In this document: positions 39,362-48,219 of the stretch, one piece after another | Position numbering within the stretch: the first letter of the stretch is position 1 | Layout of the letters: each line of letters begins with the position of its first letter | Source: a virus | Virus record (IMG/VR): IMGVR_UViG_3300032053_000008 | Direction: 5' to 3' (one strand) | Length of the DNA: 64,000 bases | Translations under genes and position numbers: made by a program | The notes under the pieces: model-generated | The model's input: the letters and a program-made list of their open reading frames with translations, nothing else | Databases searched by the model: none | What the model was told of the DNA's origin: nothing

Positions 39362-41389
39362 TTAACCATTAAGAACTTTAACGTGAGCAAACCAGGAATA
39401 GTTGTTTGAGGCTGCTCCAGTGGCTCGTATTCTAAAAGTTGTTCCAGAAACATCAATAATACAATTAGTTGCATTATTAGCCTCAGAAGTAAAGTCCGAC
39501 TGGAGATTAAAAAGACTAACTGTACCTCCAATATTACTTACACGAGCGGTTCTAACATAACTAGATGCGTCACCAGTAGTGCCGCCAGTACCGCCAGTTC
39601 TGCGACCAATTACGCGAGCTTCAACCACAAGAGTTGTGTCGGTTGGAACTGTGTAGGTATATACAGAAGTTACGGTAGCATCGGTTGTATTAACAGTACC
39701 TTGTGCTTCAAAGTAGTTAATACCAGTTACTGCAACTTGTTTGTATATAGATCCGGTACCTAGCAAAACATTACCCTGAACATGCAATGTTTCTGTTGGA
39801 GCATTGATGCCAACACCTAAGCGCTTATTGGTATTGTCCCAGAAAAAGTTGGTGTTGTCTTGAGCTGGTAGGCCAGTAGTAGCTGCACCAAAATAAACGG
39901 AACCTGCTGTAATTGCACCATTTTCTATGATAGTACCAGCACTTGAAATCATTACTCGGTTGTTATTAAGAGCAGTAGAAGAATTGGTACCTCCATTTGC
40001 AATCGGGAGTATACCTGTTACTTCAGATGTCAGCGAGACGTTACTGGTAGATAAAACACCAGAAGTGGCCTTTACTACGCCTGTGCCAGTAAACCAAGTA
40101 GAGGCACCTGTACCGCCAGACAACAAAGCTTGACCAGCAGTACCAACTGCTGACAGAGCAAGACCGGTCGCAGTAGAATAAACATTAGCACCAGCCGCTG
40201 CGGTTAAGGAAGCGTTTGTACCGCCGCGCGTCATGGCTAGTTGCGCTTCAGAAGACATTACACCAGTACCATCATTAATTAAAACGTGGTTGGCTGATCC
40301 AGAAGCAAGCTTTGATCGAGCGATGTTGGCAGCAGCTGCAACTTCAGTGTTAGTAATACCACCAGTAGCAACTTGGAGACCTGAAGCGCCTTTAGACAGA
40401 GTAGTCCCGGCTAAAAGGTGATCCAATTGATTACCTGTAAAAGTAAGGCCAGAGTTAGTGGCCAAAGATACAGCAAATTGAGTACCAGTAAGAGACAAGC
40501 CGTTACCAGCGGTATAAGTACCTGCACCAGCAAATTGAACAAAAACAATATTAGAAGTACCAACAGTAATTGGCGCTGGTGTGGTTTGAACCCAAGCTGT
40601 GTCACCGTTTACAGCTCCTTCGTCAACAAAAACTGCAGCCCCAATAAACTCAGCCGCCAAATCCATGTCAACCGCTCTGGTCCATGCACCAGCCGCAGCA
40701 ACATAAACACCATTATTCGATTGTGTTGTTTGGTTTTTAACCAAAACTCGATCACCAGAAATAACGGTAATCGTATCAATGGTTAACAAACCAGACAAAA
40801 CAGCTAAGTTGGCTGTAGTAGCAACACGAGCCGCTAATTTCCAAGCTAAACCTTGAGCAACTGCATCAACATATGCTTTGGTTGCTGCATCTTGAGCTGC
40901 CGTTGGGTCTGCCATGCTAGTAATTTTTTGGGAACCCATATTAACAGCAGAACTAAAGGTTTTAGATCCTCCAATAGTTTGAGTGCCTTGGCTAAGAATA
41001 AAGTCGGCAGAGGTTACAGCGTCTCCTGGGTTAGGAATATTATAAGTTATACCAGCAGAGCGAGTTGGTTGAGAGGCGACACTGACGTTAATGTTTTGAG
41101 TATTTTGAACATAAACATCATCAACGTTGTTTCCTGAAGCTGGATACAAAGCTAAAGATCCGGCAACACCAGAACTAACCGTACCAGATGAAGCCGTAGT
41201 GGACACAAGTTCCCAAGCCGTGTTACCTGCTCCAGTCTTAACGTAGATTTGTCCAACTGGTGTACCGGAATTATTAATGGTACCAAAAGAACCTATAACA
41301 GCAGCAAATCCACCACCTGTACGAGGATCAGAATCTAGAGACAGTATCGCTACCTCTCCAAGAGTTAAAAGATCAACTAAAACAGCCAT
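39362..41389 (-). CDS. tail fibre protein
   Basis: DAATKAYVD...ARVATTAN...GDRVLVKNQ....NG.Y....W.R fibre motif; G.LP.ANGGT repeats. Confidence 0.85.
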   Translation of the reverse strand: MAVLVDLLTLGEVAILSLDSDPRTGGGFAAVIGSFGTINNSGTPVGQIYVKTGAGNTAWELVSTTASSGTVSSGVAGSLALYPASGNNVDDVYVQNTQNINVSVASQPTRSAGITYNIPNPGDAVTSADFILSQGTQTIGGSKTFSSAVNMGSQKITSMADPTAAQDAATKAYVDAVAQGLAWKLAARVATTANLAVLSGLLTIDTITVISGDRVLVKNQTTQSNNGVYVAAAGAWTRAVDMDLAAEFIGAAVFVDEGAVNGDTAWVQTTPAPITVGTSNIVFVQFAGAGTYTAGNGLSLTGTQFAVSLATNSGLTFTGNQLDHLLAGTTLSKGASGLQVATGGITNTEVAAAANIARSKLASGSANHVLINDGTGVMSSEAQLAMTRGGTNASLTAAAGANVYSTATGLALSAVGTAGQALLSGGTGASTWFTGTGVVKATSGVLSTSNVSLTSEVTGILPIANGGTNSSTALNNNRVMISSAGTIIENGAITAGSVYFGAATTGLPAQDNTNFFWDNTNKRLGVGINAPTETLHVQGNVLLGTGSIYKQVAVTGINYFEAQGTVNTTDATVTSVYTYTVPTDTTLVVEARVIGRRTGGTGGTTGDASSYVRTARVSNIGGTVSLFNLQSDFTSEANNATNCIIDVSGTTFRIRATGAASNNYSWFAHVKVLNG

Positions 41390-41399
41390 TTAATACCTC

Positions 41400-42356
41400 T
41401 TAAAAAATTGATTGTAATCTGATAGATCCCGACCATCGATAATTATCTGAAGTTGGGGACTTAACATTAAAAGTTATAGAGCTTGTGCCTAGAGTATACG
41501 ACACATTAAAACCATTACTAGATTTAACCGTAAAATCTGACTGCCAACCTGAACCTTGTAATTGAGCACTAGAGGACTGGCAATAAACAACCATAGACCT
41601 TTTAAAACACGCCCTATCTGTTCCGTCAGTTTTTCTAGCAATAACCTCAAACTCTACACTATTAACAGATGGATCTGGAATATTTATAGTATAGCAAGTT
41701 TGAAAAGTATTGGCATTGGTTTCAACATAAAATGTATCCTGTTGTAATCCCGTAGCATTAGCCGAAACGTGACTTTTTTGTTCAAATTGCATTCCAGGAC
41801 TAGAAGTACCTAAACCAAATCTTTGATTTGTAGTAAATCTAGCGGCTTCAATTGAGTTTGTTTTTAATACAAGCCCTTGAAAATCATTGGTACCTAAAAA
41901 ATTAGGTCCAGCTGTTGTTCCGTAATTGCCGCTTACGTCCCAATTAGCTGGATCTCCAGCTATAGCCAAATCAACACTAGCTACAACATATAAAATACCA
42001 TCAGTAGCGCTTTGCCGAAGAACAACAGCAATAATTGGACCACCAATAACACTAGTTAAATTGCCAGAAGAACTGCAATACAAAGAGGTTCCAACAATCC
42101 AAGAAGAGGTGTTTAGCGATCTCATTAATCCAATACAGGTAACAGTACCTTTGGTTCCGGCTAAAATATCTGATTGAGCTATACCAAAACTAGCGTAAAC
42201 ATTAGAATTTCCCAATTTAACTGTTGGGAATTGTATACCAAACCCGTCAATACGTACCACTTGACCTTTAGTAATAGTTAAAGCTTCCGAGTTTTCAACT
42301 TGTTGACTACTTGGAGCATGTAAGTCTGTATAATCTAACTGTCTATGGTAACTCAA
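41400..42356 (-). CDS. tail fibre-related / virion appendage protein
   Basis: FLGTND..L.LKTN..E..R and GLGT..P fibre motifs. Confidence 0.7.
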   Translation of the reverse strand: MSYHRQLDYTDLHAPSSQQVENSEALTITKGQVVRIDGFGIQFPTVKLGNSNVYASFGIAQSDILAGTKGTVTCIGLMRSLNTSSWIVGTSLYCSSSGNLTSVIGGPIIAVVLRQSATDGILYVVASVDLAIAGDPANWDVSGNYGTTAGPNFLGTNDFQGLVLKTNSIEAARFTTNQRFGLGTSSPGMQFEQKSHVSANATGLQQDTFYVETNANTFQTCYTINIPDPSVNSVEFEVIARKTDGTDRACFKRSMVVYCQSSSAQLQGSGWQSDFTVKSSNGFNVSYTLGTSSITFNVKSPTSDNYRWSGSIRLQSIF

Positions 42357-42371
42357 TGAAATTGCTCCTAT

Positions 42372-43007
42372 TTATATAACTACTACGTTACCATTATTAT
42401 CAATAACTATAGCTGGATCTTCTTTAATGTAGGTACTGGAATATAGATCATATTGCACTCTTATAGATCCAGCTGGAGTATATTCATGGGTAATTATATC
42501 ATTATAATTTACTAGGTTATCTTGAGTGTGAAAATGGTCCACCCTGTTATATATTATACCCCCCAGTTCTGGTCTAGGTGGGGTAGTGATATTGGCGTTA
42601 AACATACTTCCACCAGTGCTGCTTTGGCGAGCAACAGATGGATCGTTTATGACCACAAACATTCTGCCGTCTAAGGTCGCGGTTCCTACATAGTCCTGTA
42701 TTAAAAATCCTACGTCCCCTGGAACAACCGTTATAGTATTGGTCAAGTTGTCATAGTTAGATACCTTAAATAGTTTACCTGTATTGGGTCCACCAGAGGT
42801 CACCCTAAAGTAACATCCATTTTTAAGCCAATTTGGTATCATAGCAGGACTAGAAAAAGTGATAGTCTGGTTAGCAGCACTAAAAGCCATAGTGCCAGAT
42901 GATATCTCACAATAGTCATCAACGCCAGTTAGCTTTTTAGATCTACCACCCCAAATAACATTTAAACCTATTAATTTTTTAATAAACTGTGGCCATGTTT
43001 CTAGCAT
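42372..43007 (-). CDS. virion structural protein
   Basis: Beta-rich; shares a P.WLK.G....V..G.N.G....V..Y module with 43001..44323. Confidence 0.55.
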   Translation of the reverse strand: MLETWPQFIKKLIGLNVIWGGRSKKLTGVDDYCEISSGTMAFSAANQTITFSSPAMIPNWLKNGCYFRVTSGGPNTGKLFKVSNYDNLTNTITVVPGDVGFLIQDYVGTATLDGRMFVVINDPSVARQSSTGGSMFNANITTPPRPELGGIIYNRVDHFHTQDNLVNYNDIITHEYTPAGSIRVQYDLYSSTYIKEDPAIVIDNNGNVVVI

Positions 43008-44323
43008 GGGTTGGTATCTCCGGTATATATATCTGCCCCGTCAACATCACTATATGCAGTAGAGACTCTGGTTACCTCTAGAGCACAGCCGTAACTGAAA
43101 TTAGTGCTTTTAATTTTATCCCCAAGAGATCCGTTTAAATTGGCAATTACATCTACAGTAGCAACAGGTCCAGGCACAACAGAAATAAAAGCAAACCTAC
43201 TGTCTAAATAACCAACACCGCTACCAGCAACAAAAGTATCACCAATTACTATACTGTTATAAATACTGAACTTCAAGTCTATAGTTTCATTGGCCGTTAG
43301 TCCAGTAAAGGTAACCTTTTTCTGGCTGATGTTATAGCTAGTGACAGTTAAAGTAAGCCCAACATTTAAGCCGTTGATTACTTTAATTTTCCTGCCTATC
43401 ACTTTTAGCCACTCTGGTACCGTCTTGAAAACCATGGTACCAAGGCCGCTATTTATCACCACTTGGTCCGAAGACTGGTTAAAGGTGCCGTAGTCCCCAG
43501 ATACTATCTGGTGTATGATACCGTCATTTGCACCGGTTCCCGCTGCCTGGAAATACTTAGCTTTTTTGGCCGTAAGGTATTCTGGAGCTAGAGCATTAAA
43601 GTAGATGGTATTTGTAGTAAAGATCACGTCACCCGATTGAGTTAAATAGGTGTTTTCGTAATCATTAAAGCCAGTTATCGTATAGGTAGTTTCGTTTACT
43701 GGACTACCATCTCCCGCAGTTTCATAATAATACAAAGAGCTTGGGTTAGAGGCCATAAACGGCAAAGGGGTAGTAAAAATGGCTATACCAGCTGGAACAT
43801 CACACAAGCGCATACTACCCAAATAACCCTTAGATTGGTCTCTAACAAATTCCCTTATTTCCCTAAGGTTATATTGGCAATCATAGACAAATCTTGCCTC
43901 AGGGTAGTCGGTGTCTAGGCTGCCTTCTTGGGTGGTAAGGTAATTACCGTGTTGGCTAACCAGTGCGGACCTGACAGCCAATATAGGCTCTTCTGCTAAG
44001 GTCATCTTGCCGGGTTCTGTGCCTACCGGGTAAACCCTGGCTTGTTCTGGAGCATCTAACATACCGCCAGTAAACTGAGCTAGATTCAATGAACTTAGGT
44101 CTTGATTGTTTTCGAGCTTGACCGTTATAAATCTAGCGTCCCAGACCCTAGCTATGACCAGCTCGGTACTAAAAAGACCATTTTTACGCAAAATTAACTT
44201 TTGACCAACAAACAAACCGGTAGTAGTATACACTTCTATGGTGTTACCATTTACTGTTATATTCTCGATGGTTATACGGGGCCAAGTTTGGGCCGTCAAC
44301 CCTGAGCCTATTTGCTTGTCCAC
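43001..44323 (-). CDS. virion structural protein
   Basis: First gene of the fibre operon; beta-rich; AGGGG RBS before GTG. Confidence 0.6.
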   Translation of the reverse strand: MDKQIGSGLTAQTWPRITIENITVNGNTIEVYTTTGLFVGQKLILRKNGLFSTELVIARVWDARFITVKLENNQDLSSLNLAQFTGGMLDAPEQARVYPVGTEPGKMTLAEEPILAVRSALVSQHGNYLTTQEGSLDTDYPEARFVYDCQYNLREIREFVRDQSKGYLGSMRLCDVPAGIAIFTTPLPFMASNPSSLYYYETAGDGSPVNETTYTITGFNDYENTYLTQSGDVIFTTNTIYFNALAPEYLTAKKAKYFQAAGTGANDGIIHQIVSGDYGTFNQSSDQVVINSGLGTMVFKTVPEWLKVIGRKIKVINGLNVGLTLTVTSYNISQKKVTFTGLTANETIDLKFSIYNSIVIGDTFVAGSGVGYLDSRFAFISVVPGPVATVDVIANLNGSLGDKIKSTNFSYGCALEVTRVSTAYSDVDGADIYTGDTNPC

Positions 44324-44349
44324 TTACGCCCCTTTTTGACCACCGGCAC

Positions 44350-44377
44350 TAAAGTTTTCATACAATTGTGCCGATAT
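44350..44377 (+). promoter_or_regulatory. sigma-28-type promoter (N12 variant)
   Basis: TAAAGTTT-N12-GCCGATAT upstream of an AGGAGG RBS and the TTG start at 44416. Confidence 0.65.
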
Positions 44378-44415
44378 AAGATTAAGATTCGGTTAAATTA
44401 CTTAGGAGGTAAAAA

Positions 44416-44646
44416 TTGTCAACAAAAACGGTAGCTAACTCGATACTTCAAGATTTACAGACTATTATAGAAAGGACTCAAAACGAACTACAAGACAAAG
44501 TTGGTATATTCCCAGGAACTATGGTAGCAATAGCTCAATCTAGGGTCAATTCGTTTTTGATAGAATGCGGGTTAAACAAAGTTTATATTATAGTAGATTG
44601 CAACTCAAACGGCAAATTAACACTAGAAACCTTGGAGGGAACATGA
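44416..44646 (+). CDS. hypothetical protein
   Basis: Strong AGGAGG RBS with TTG start. Confidence 0.7.
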   Translation: MSTKTVANSILQDLQTIIERTQNELQDKVGIFPGTMVAIAQSRVNSFLIECGLNKVYIIVDCNSNGKLTLETLEGT

Positions 44647-44996
44647 GCGACAGAGAAAAAATTGACAGTTTGGTTGATTTGTTTATGGATGAAATGGATA
44701 GACTTGGTGTCATTTGCATAATTGGCGGAATTGAAACAAAGACAGACACTTTGATCAATATGTCTAATTCATCATCAATAGCAGATTTACTTGAGGTAAT
44801 ATGCTATACTAATGCTGTTGCGTCTGGTGTTATAGCTGAAGCTACATCTTTATTGCCTGAGATAATTGCAGCTGATTTATATGATGTCACGCTAGATATG
44901 ATACAGGAAATGAAAGATGGTCAATTAAATGCCCCAATAAAAGAGTTTGGAGCTAAACTTGCAGTAGTAAAAAAGAAAAACGACGACCTTAACTAA
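44643..44996 (+). CDS. acidic hypothetical protein
   Basis: ATG 44643 (MSDREK) after a GGAGG RBS. Confidence 0.7.
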   Translation: MSDREKIDSLVDLFMDEMDRLGVICIIGGIETKTDTLINMSNSSSIADLLEVICYTNAVASGVIAEATSLLPEIIAADLYDVTLDMIQEMKDGQLNAPIKEFGAKLAVVKKKNDDLN

Positions 44997-45007
44997 TTGG
45001 AGTAATA

Positions 45008-45232
45008 ATGTCTAATATTATACCGTTCCCAAAGAAAAACGATCATGGACGTACACCTCTACATGTTAGTCGTATTGATGGCAAACTTAAAGGTAGTCCT
45101 TATTTACATAAAGATGAAGATCAAGATTTTGGCGCTAGAATGGAAAGAATTAAAGCCAGTCTAAAAAGAATTAATGACCTTATGGATGAGCTAAAAAATG
45201 CTTCTAAACCAAGACATGATTCTAACGATTAA
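45008..45232 (+). CDS. small hypothetical protein with C-terminal coiled coil
   Basis: GGAG RBS; RMERIKASLKRINDLMDELK. Confidence 0.7.
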   Translation: MSNIIPFPKKNDHGRTPLHVSRIDGKLKGSPYLHKDEDQDFGARMERIKASLKRINDLMDELKNASKPRHDSND

Positions 45233-45542
45233 CATTTTGGCTATTTTGTCAGAAAAGCCAATCCCTATGGTGCAAATAGCCAAAGAGGTTGGTACAACGT
45301 ATCACTACGTACACAAAATAACCAAAAAACTCAACAAAAAGAAATGGATAGCTTCTAGGTCTGGGCCTCATGGAGGGATTGTGTGTGTGCCTAGATTTTT
45401 GAATCTAAGAGATATTATTGAACTATGGGAAAGTCCCCATTCTTTGGCTAGGGCTGCCGCTAAAAACAAAGGGGCAGCTATAGCTTATGAAGAATGGCTT
45501 ATAGCTGCCGAACAGGTCAGAGTTAGGACGTTTGGCGGATGA
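45216..45542 (+). CDS. Rrf2-family winged-helix regulator
   Basis: IAKEVG..YHYV.KI..KL....WI.SRSGPHGG...L.L.DII matches the Rrf2 wHTH pattern; start uncertain (45198 or 45216). Confidence 0.75.
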   Translation: MILTINILAILSEKPIPMVQIAKEVGTTYHYVHKITKKLNKKKWIASRSGPHGGIVCVPRFLNLRDIIELWESPHSLARAAAKNKGAAIAYEEWLIAAEQVRVRTFGG

Positions 45543-45546
45543 TTAT

Positions 45547-46041
45547 CTAGTCATTATTTGAATCTGATAGAACCTTTGCCCTAAAGGTTCCTGTCATTTT
45601 ATACCATTCTTTATACAAAAAAGCATTAGATTTACCGTAGTTACATCTACTGCAGCAAACTACGCAACTCTTATTGGTATAACCTCCATCATTTTCTTTT
45701 CTGTCTAAAAAGTATTTACCAGAATTAAAAGATTTCCATTCAATTAAATCATAACAATAGTGACATCTTTTTATCTCAACAAACATCAAGAAATCATTAA
45801 AAGTAATATCTATTGGTAAATTTTTCTTTTTGGCGGTATTTACCAATGATTTATACGACTTATTAAATGGTTCCATTCTTTGAGAACAAACAGTACATTT
45901 ATCGGTCACCCTTTTAAAATGTCTTACTCTTAAGACATTGTCGCAGTCGGCGCACTTGAAAATATAAACATGATGTCCAGATGGTTGAAGCTCTTTTCCA
46001 ATAGCCAAATCCTTATTAAACTTAAACACCGCAGACACCAC
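45547..46041 (-). CDS. HNH-like (zinc-finger) endonuclease
   Basis: CADC, CTVC, CHYC, then LDR.EN..GY.....V.CC..CN..K; overlaps the 3' end of the RNR gene. Confidence 0.8.
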   Translation of the reverse strand: MVSAVFKFNKDLAIGKELQPSGHHVYIFKCADCDNVLRVRHFKRVTDKCTVCSQRMEPFNKSYKSLVNTAKKKNLPIDITFNDFLMFVEIKRCHYCYDLIEWKSFNSGKYFLDRKENDGGYTNKSCVVCCSRCNYGKSNAFLYKEWYKMTGTFRAKVLSDSNND

Positions 46042-47644
46042 CTACACATTCCATTTCTTTTTCCTCATAAACAACACCCTCAAAACTCATAGCAACATCA
46101 AGAGGAATTCTAGTCAATGGCTGTCCACCTCTCGATGCGTCTGGGTAACAAGTAAACCCTCTTAATCTTTTGGCATACTTCAAAAGAGTTGAGCTGTAGT
46201 CTTCCAGCGTTTCTTCTGAATTTTCTTCCGTTCCCCATTGAGGTAAATTACATGTAGAGCTAATAGACATATCTACATAATTTTGCACATCTGCTTGAAA
46301 TTTAACGCGATCTTTAAATGATATGTCATAAGCATCTTGAATTTGATCTAGCTTGACACCAGAAGCCAAAAGACGCTTAACCGCTCCATCAACCACATAC
46401 TCAAAGTGCCACTCCTTGTCTTTTAGATACCGGCGCTTATAAGCTTTGCAAAACAAAGGCTCTATGCCTGTTGTAGTTTCAGCAATAATACCAATAGTAC
46501 CAGTTGGGGCAATAGCTCTAATACCTTTTGGCATAGCCACACCTAAAGACTTAGACCATATATAAGCCGAGCTATTTGATTCTTGTTCATAAAGGTTAAG
46601 CCATTTATGGAGTTCTGGGGTTACTTCATATTTGTAACCCCTTTGCATTAACCATTCGTGCATTCCACCTAAACCTAAACCTATCCTGTTGTTTTTATTG
46701 CCAACTTCTTTAATTTTATCTGTTGGAACCTGAGAATAGATACCCCCACACAACAAAAAAGCTGTGGCTATATGGCAAATACGCGCAAACTCTTCTTTTG
46801 ATGAACACCTGTTCATCCAAACGGTACCTAGATTACACTTGTCAGAATCATCTGAACTGGTTACTTCAGTGCAAGCGTTTCTCAATGATTCCGAGTCTTT
46901 ACAGAAATTAAAACTCATGCCAGGTTCGGCAGAGGAAAAAGCTTGCTTGCAATTATTGTCCCACACTTTTTTAGCTTTAGTGTGATCTGGATGTAGCGGA
47001 TTTTCAATTGCAACAAAGAAAGAGGTATCATAAATTACTGATATGTTTGTTCCTTCCATTGACATAGCAAAATTGAAATCTTTATCTTTAAGTTCTCTCA
47101 AGTTTTGTGGCCAATCCTTAAGATGAATAAACTTATGAATATCGGCATGGTCCCACTGCAGTCCTGCCCAAATAGCCGATCTTCTTTGCCCACCCTGCAT
47201 TATATATCTACCAGCTTCATTTACCATGTGCATTAAAGCTAGGGGACCGGTAGAAGTTCCACCGGTTTTTCTAATAATAGCCCCCTCTGGACGCAGCAAA
47301 GAATAGTCAAAACCTATACCTCCACCTGACATTAAAGCTGAGGTGGTTTTATACATTGCATCTGCCCATCCTTCACGGCTATCTTCAGCTCTAAAAAGAA
47401 AGCAGTTATTGACCTGATGAAACTCTCTCCCTGATGCGTACAAGTACCTTCCACCAGGGATAAACTTGCGATCTAGCATAGCTTGAAGGATTTCTTGTTT
47501 AAGTTCTTGTGGCAAAAGTTGATTGGTAACTGAATCAACAACCCGTTGACAGGTATCTTTCCATGTCTCCTGGCCGTTCATTGAGTATTTTTGAAGGTAG
47601 ATATTGCTAGCAAAAGAAGAAGAAAACGGTGCAAAATTAGACAT
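46022..47644 (-). CDS. nrdJ: ribonucleotide reductase large subunit, probably class II (B12-dependent)
   Basis: PGGR, NNCF, GGGIG, RNACTE, CNLG, APTGT, TGIEP and C-terminal CxxxxC; no ATP cone and no beta subunit adjacent. Start ATG 47644 after AAGGAG. Confidence 0.8.
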   Translation of the reverse strand: MSNFAPFSSSFASNIYLQKYSMNGQETWKDTCQRVVDSVTNQLLPQELKQEILQAMLDRKFIPGGRYLYASGREFHQVNNCFLFRAEDSREGWADAMYKTTSALMSGGGIGFDYSLLRPEGAIIRKTGGTSTGPLALMHMVNEAGRYIMQGGQRRSAIWAGLQWDHADIHKFIHLKDWPQNLRELKDKDFNFAMSMEGTNISVIYDTSFFVAIENPLHPDHTKAKKVWDNNCKQAFSSAEPGMSFNFCKDSESLRNACTEVTSSDDSDKCNLGTVWMNRCSSKEEFARICHIATAFLLCGGIYSQVPTDKIKEVGNKNNRIGLGLGGMHEWLMQRGYKYEVTPELHKWLNLYEQESNSSAYIWSKSLGVAMPKGIRAIAPTGTIGIIAETTTGIEPLFCKAYKRRYLKDKEWHFEYVVDGAVKRLLASGVKLDQIQDAYDISFKDRVKFQADVQNYVDMSISSTCNLPQWGTEENSEETLEDYSSTLLKYAKRLRGFTCYPDASRGGQPLTRIPLDVAMSFEGVVYEEKEMECVGGVCGV

Positions 47645-47693
47645 ATATACTCCTTTAGTGATTTTTTGGGATAAAAAAACCACAAGCTTACTG

Positions 47694-47722
47694 ATTGTAG
47701 CCAAGTAAGTTTGTGGGGTCAA
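47694..47722 (-). promoter_or_regulatory. sigma-70-like promoter for the RNR gene
   Basis: TTGACC-N17-TACAAT. Confidence 0.7.
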
Positions 47723-47735
47723 TGTGATAAATTAT

Positions 47736-48209
47736 TTAGCCTGGGGTAGAACCGTCAGTCAGATTGACTGCTCCGGTGTCTTCGTCAGACTTCACAGATT
47801 CATCCCAAGCGATAGTACCGATGATGTCAACCCGGATGTCGCTAACGCCGCGTGAAGCAGCTCCAGACGACCAACCAGTGACTCGGCAACCGTTTGCTTG
47901 GAAGATGGACTTCTTAAGTTGACGATCTTCGATAGACACCGAAAAATCCTCTTCGGTCAACAGCTGGTACAAGTGGCTAGCACCTGCAACAGCGTATGGA
48001 CCTGCATCGATAACTCGGTATCCAGTCAAGGTAAGCTGAACAGCTTCTTGAGTGGTAGGTGTGATTTCTGCTGGGTTATAGCGACCAAGGATAAACTGTG
48101 GCACTTTTTCTTGACGGATAGACCAGCTAGCGTTAGAAAAAAGGCCCACAACCTTACCGTTAATGGTAACTTTAGCTCTGGCACCTGTAAAAATTTTAGA
48201 CTGAGCCAT
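47736..48209 (-). CDS. tail tube protein
   Basis: 157 aa, directly downstream of the sheath; TGARA.V.ING..VG...LG...P.EI. Confidence 0.85.
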   Translation of the reverse strand: MAQSKIFTGARAKVTINGKVVGLFSNASWSIRQEKVPQFILGRYNPAEITPTTQEAVQLTLTGYRVIDAGPYAVAGASHLYQLLTEEDFSVSIEDRQLKKSIFQANGCRVTGWSSGAASRGVSDIRVDIIGTIAWDESVKSDEDTGAVNLTDGSTPG

Positions 48210-48219
48210 ATTTTATCCC

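Noticed and set aside
46022-47644. Intron or intein in the RNR gene
   Set aside because: The ORF is continuous and compact, with no splice motifs. The HNH lies outside it apart from a short overlap at the stop.
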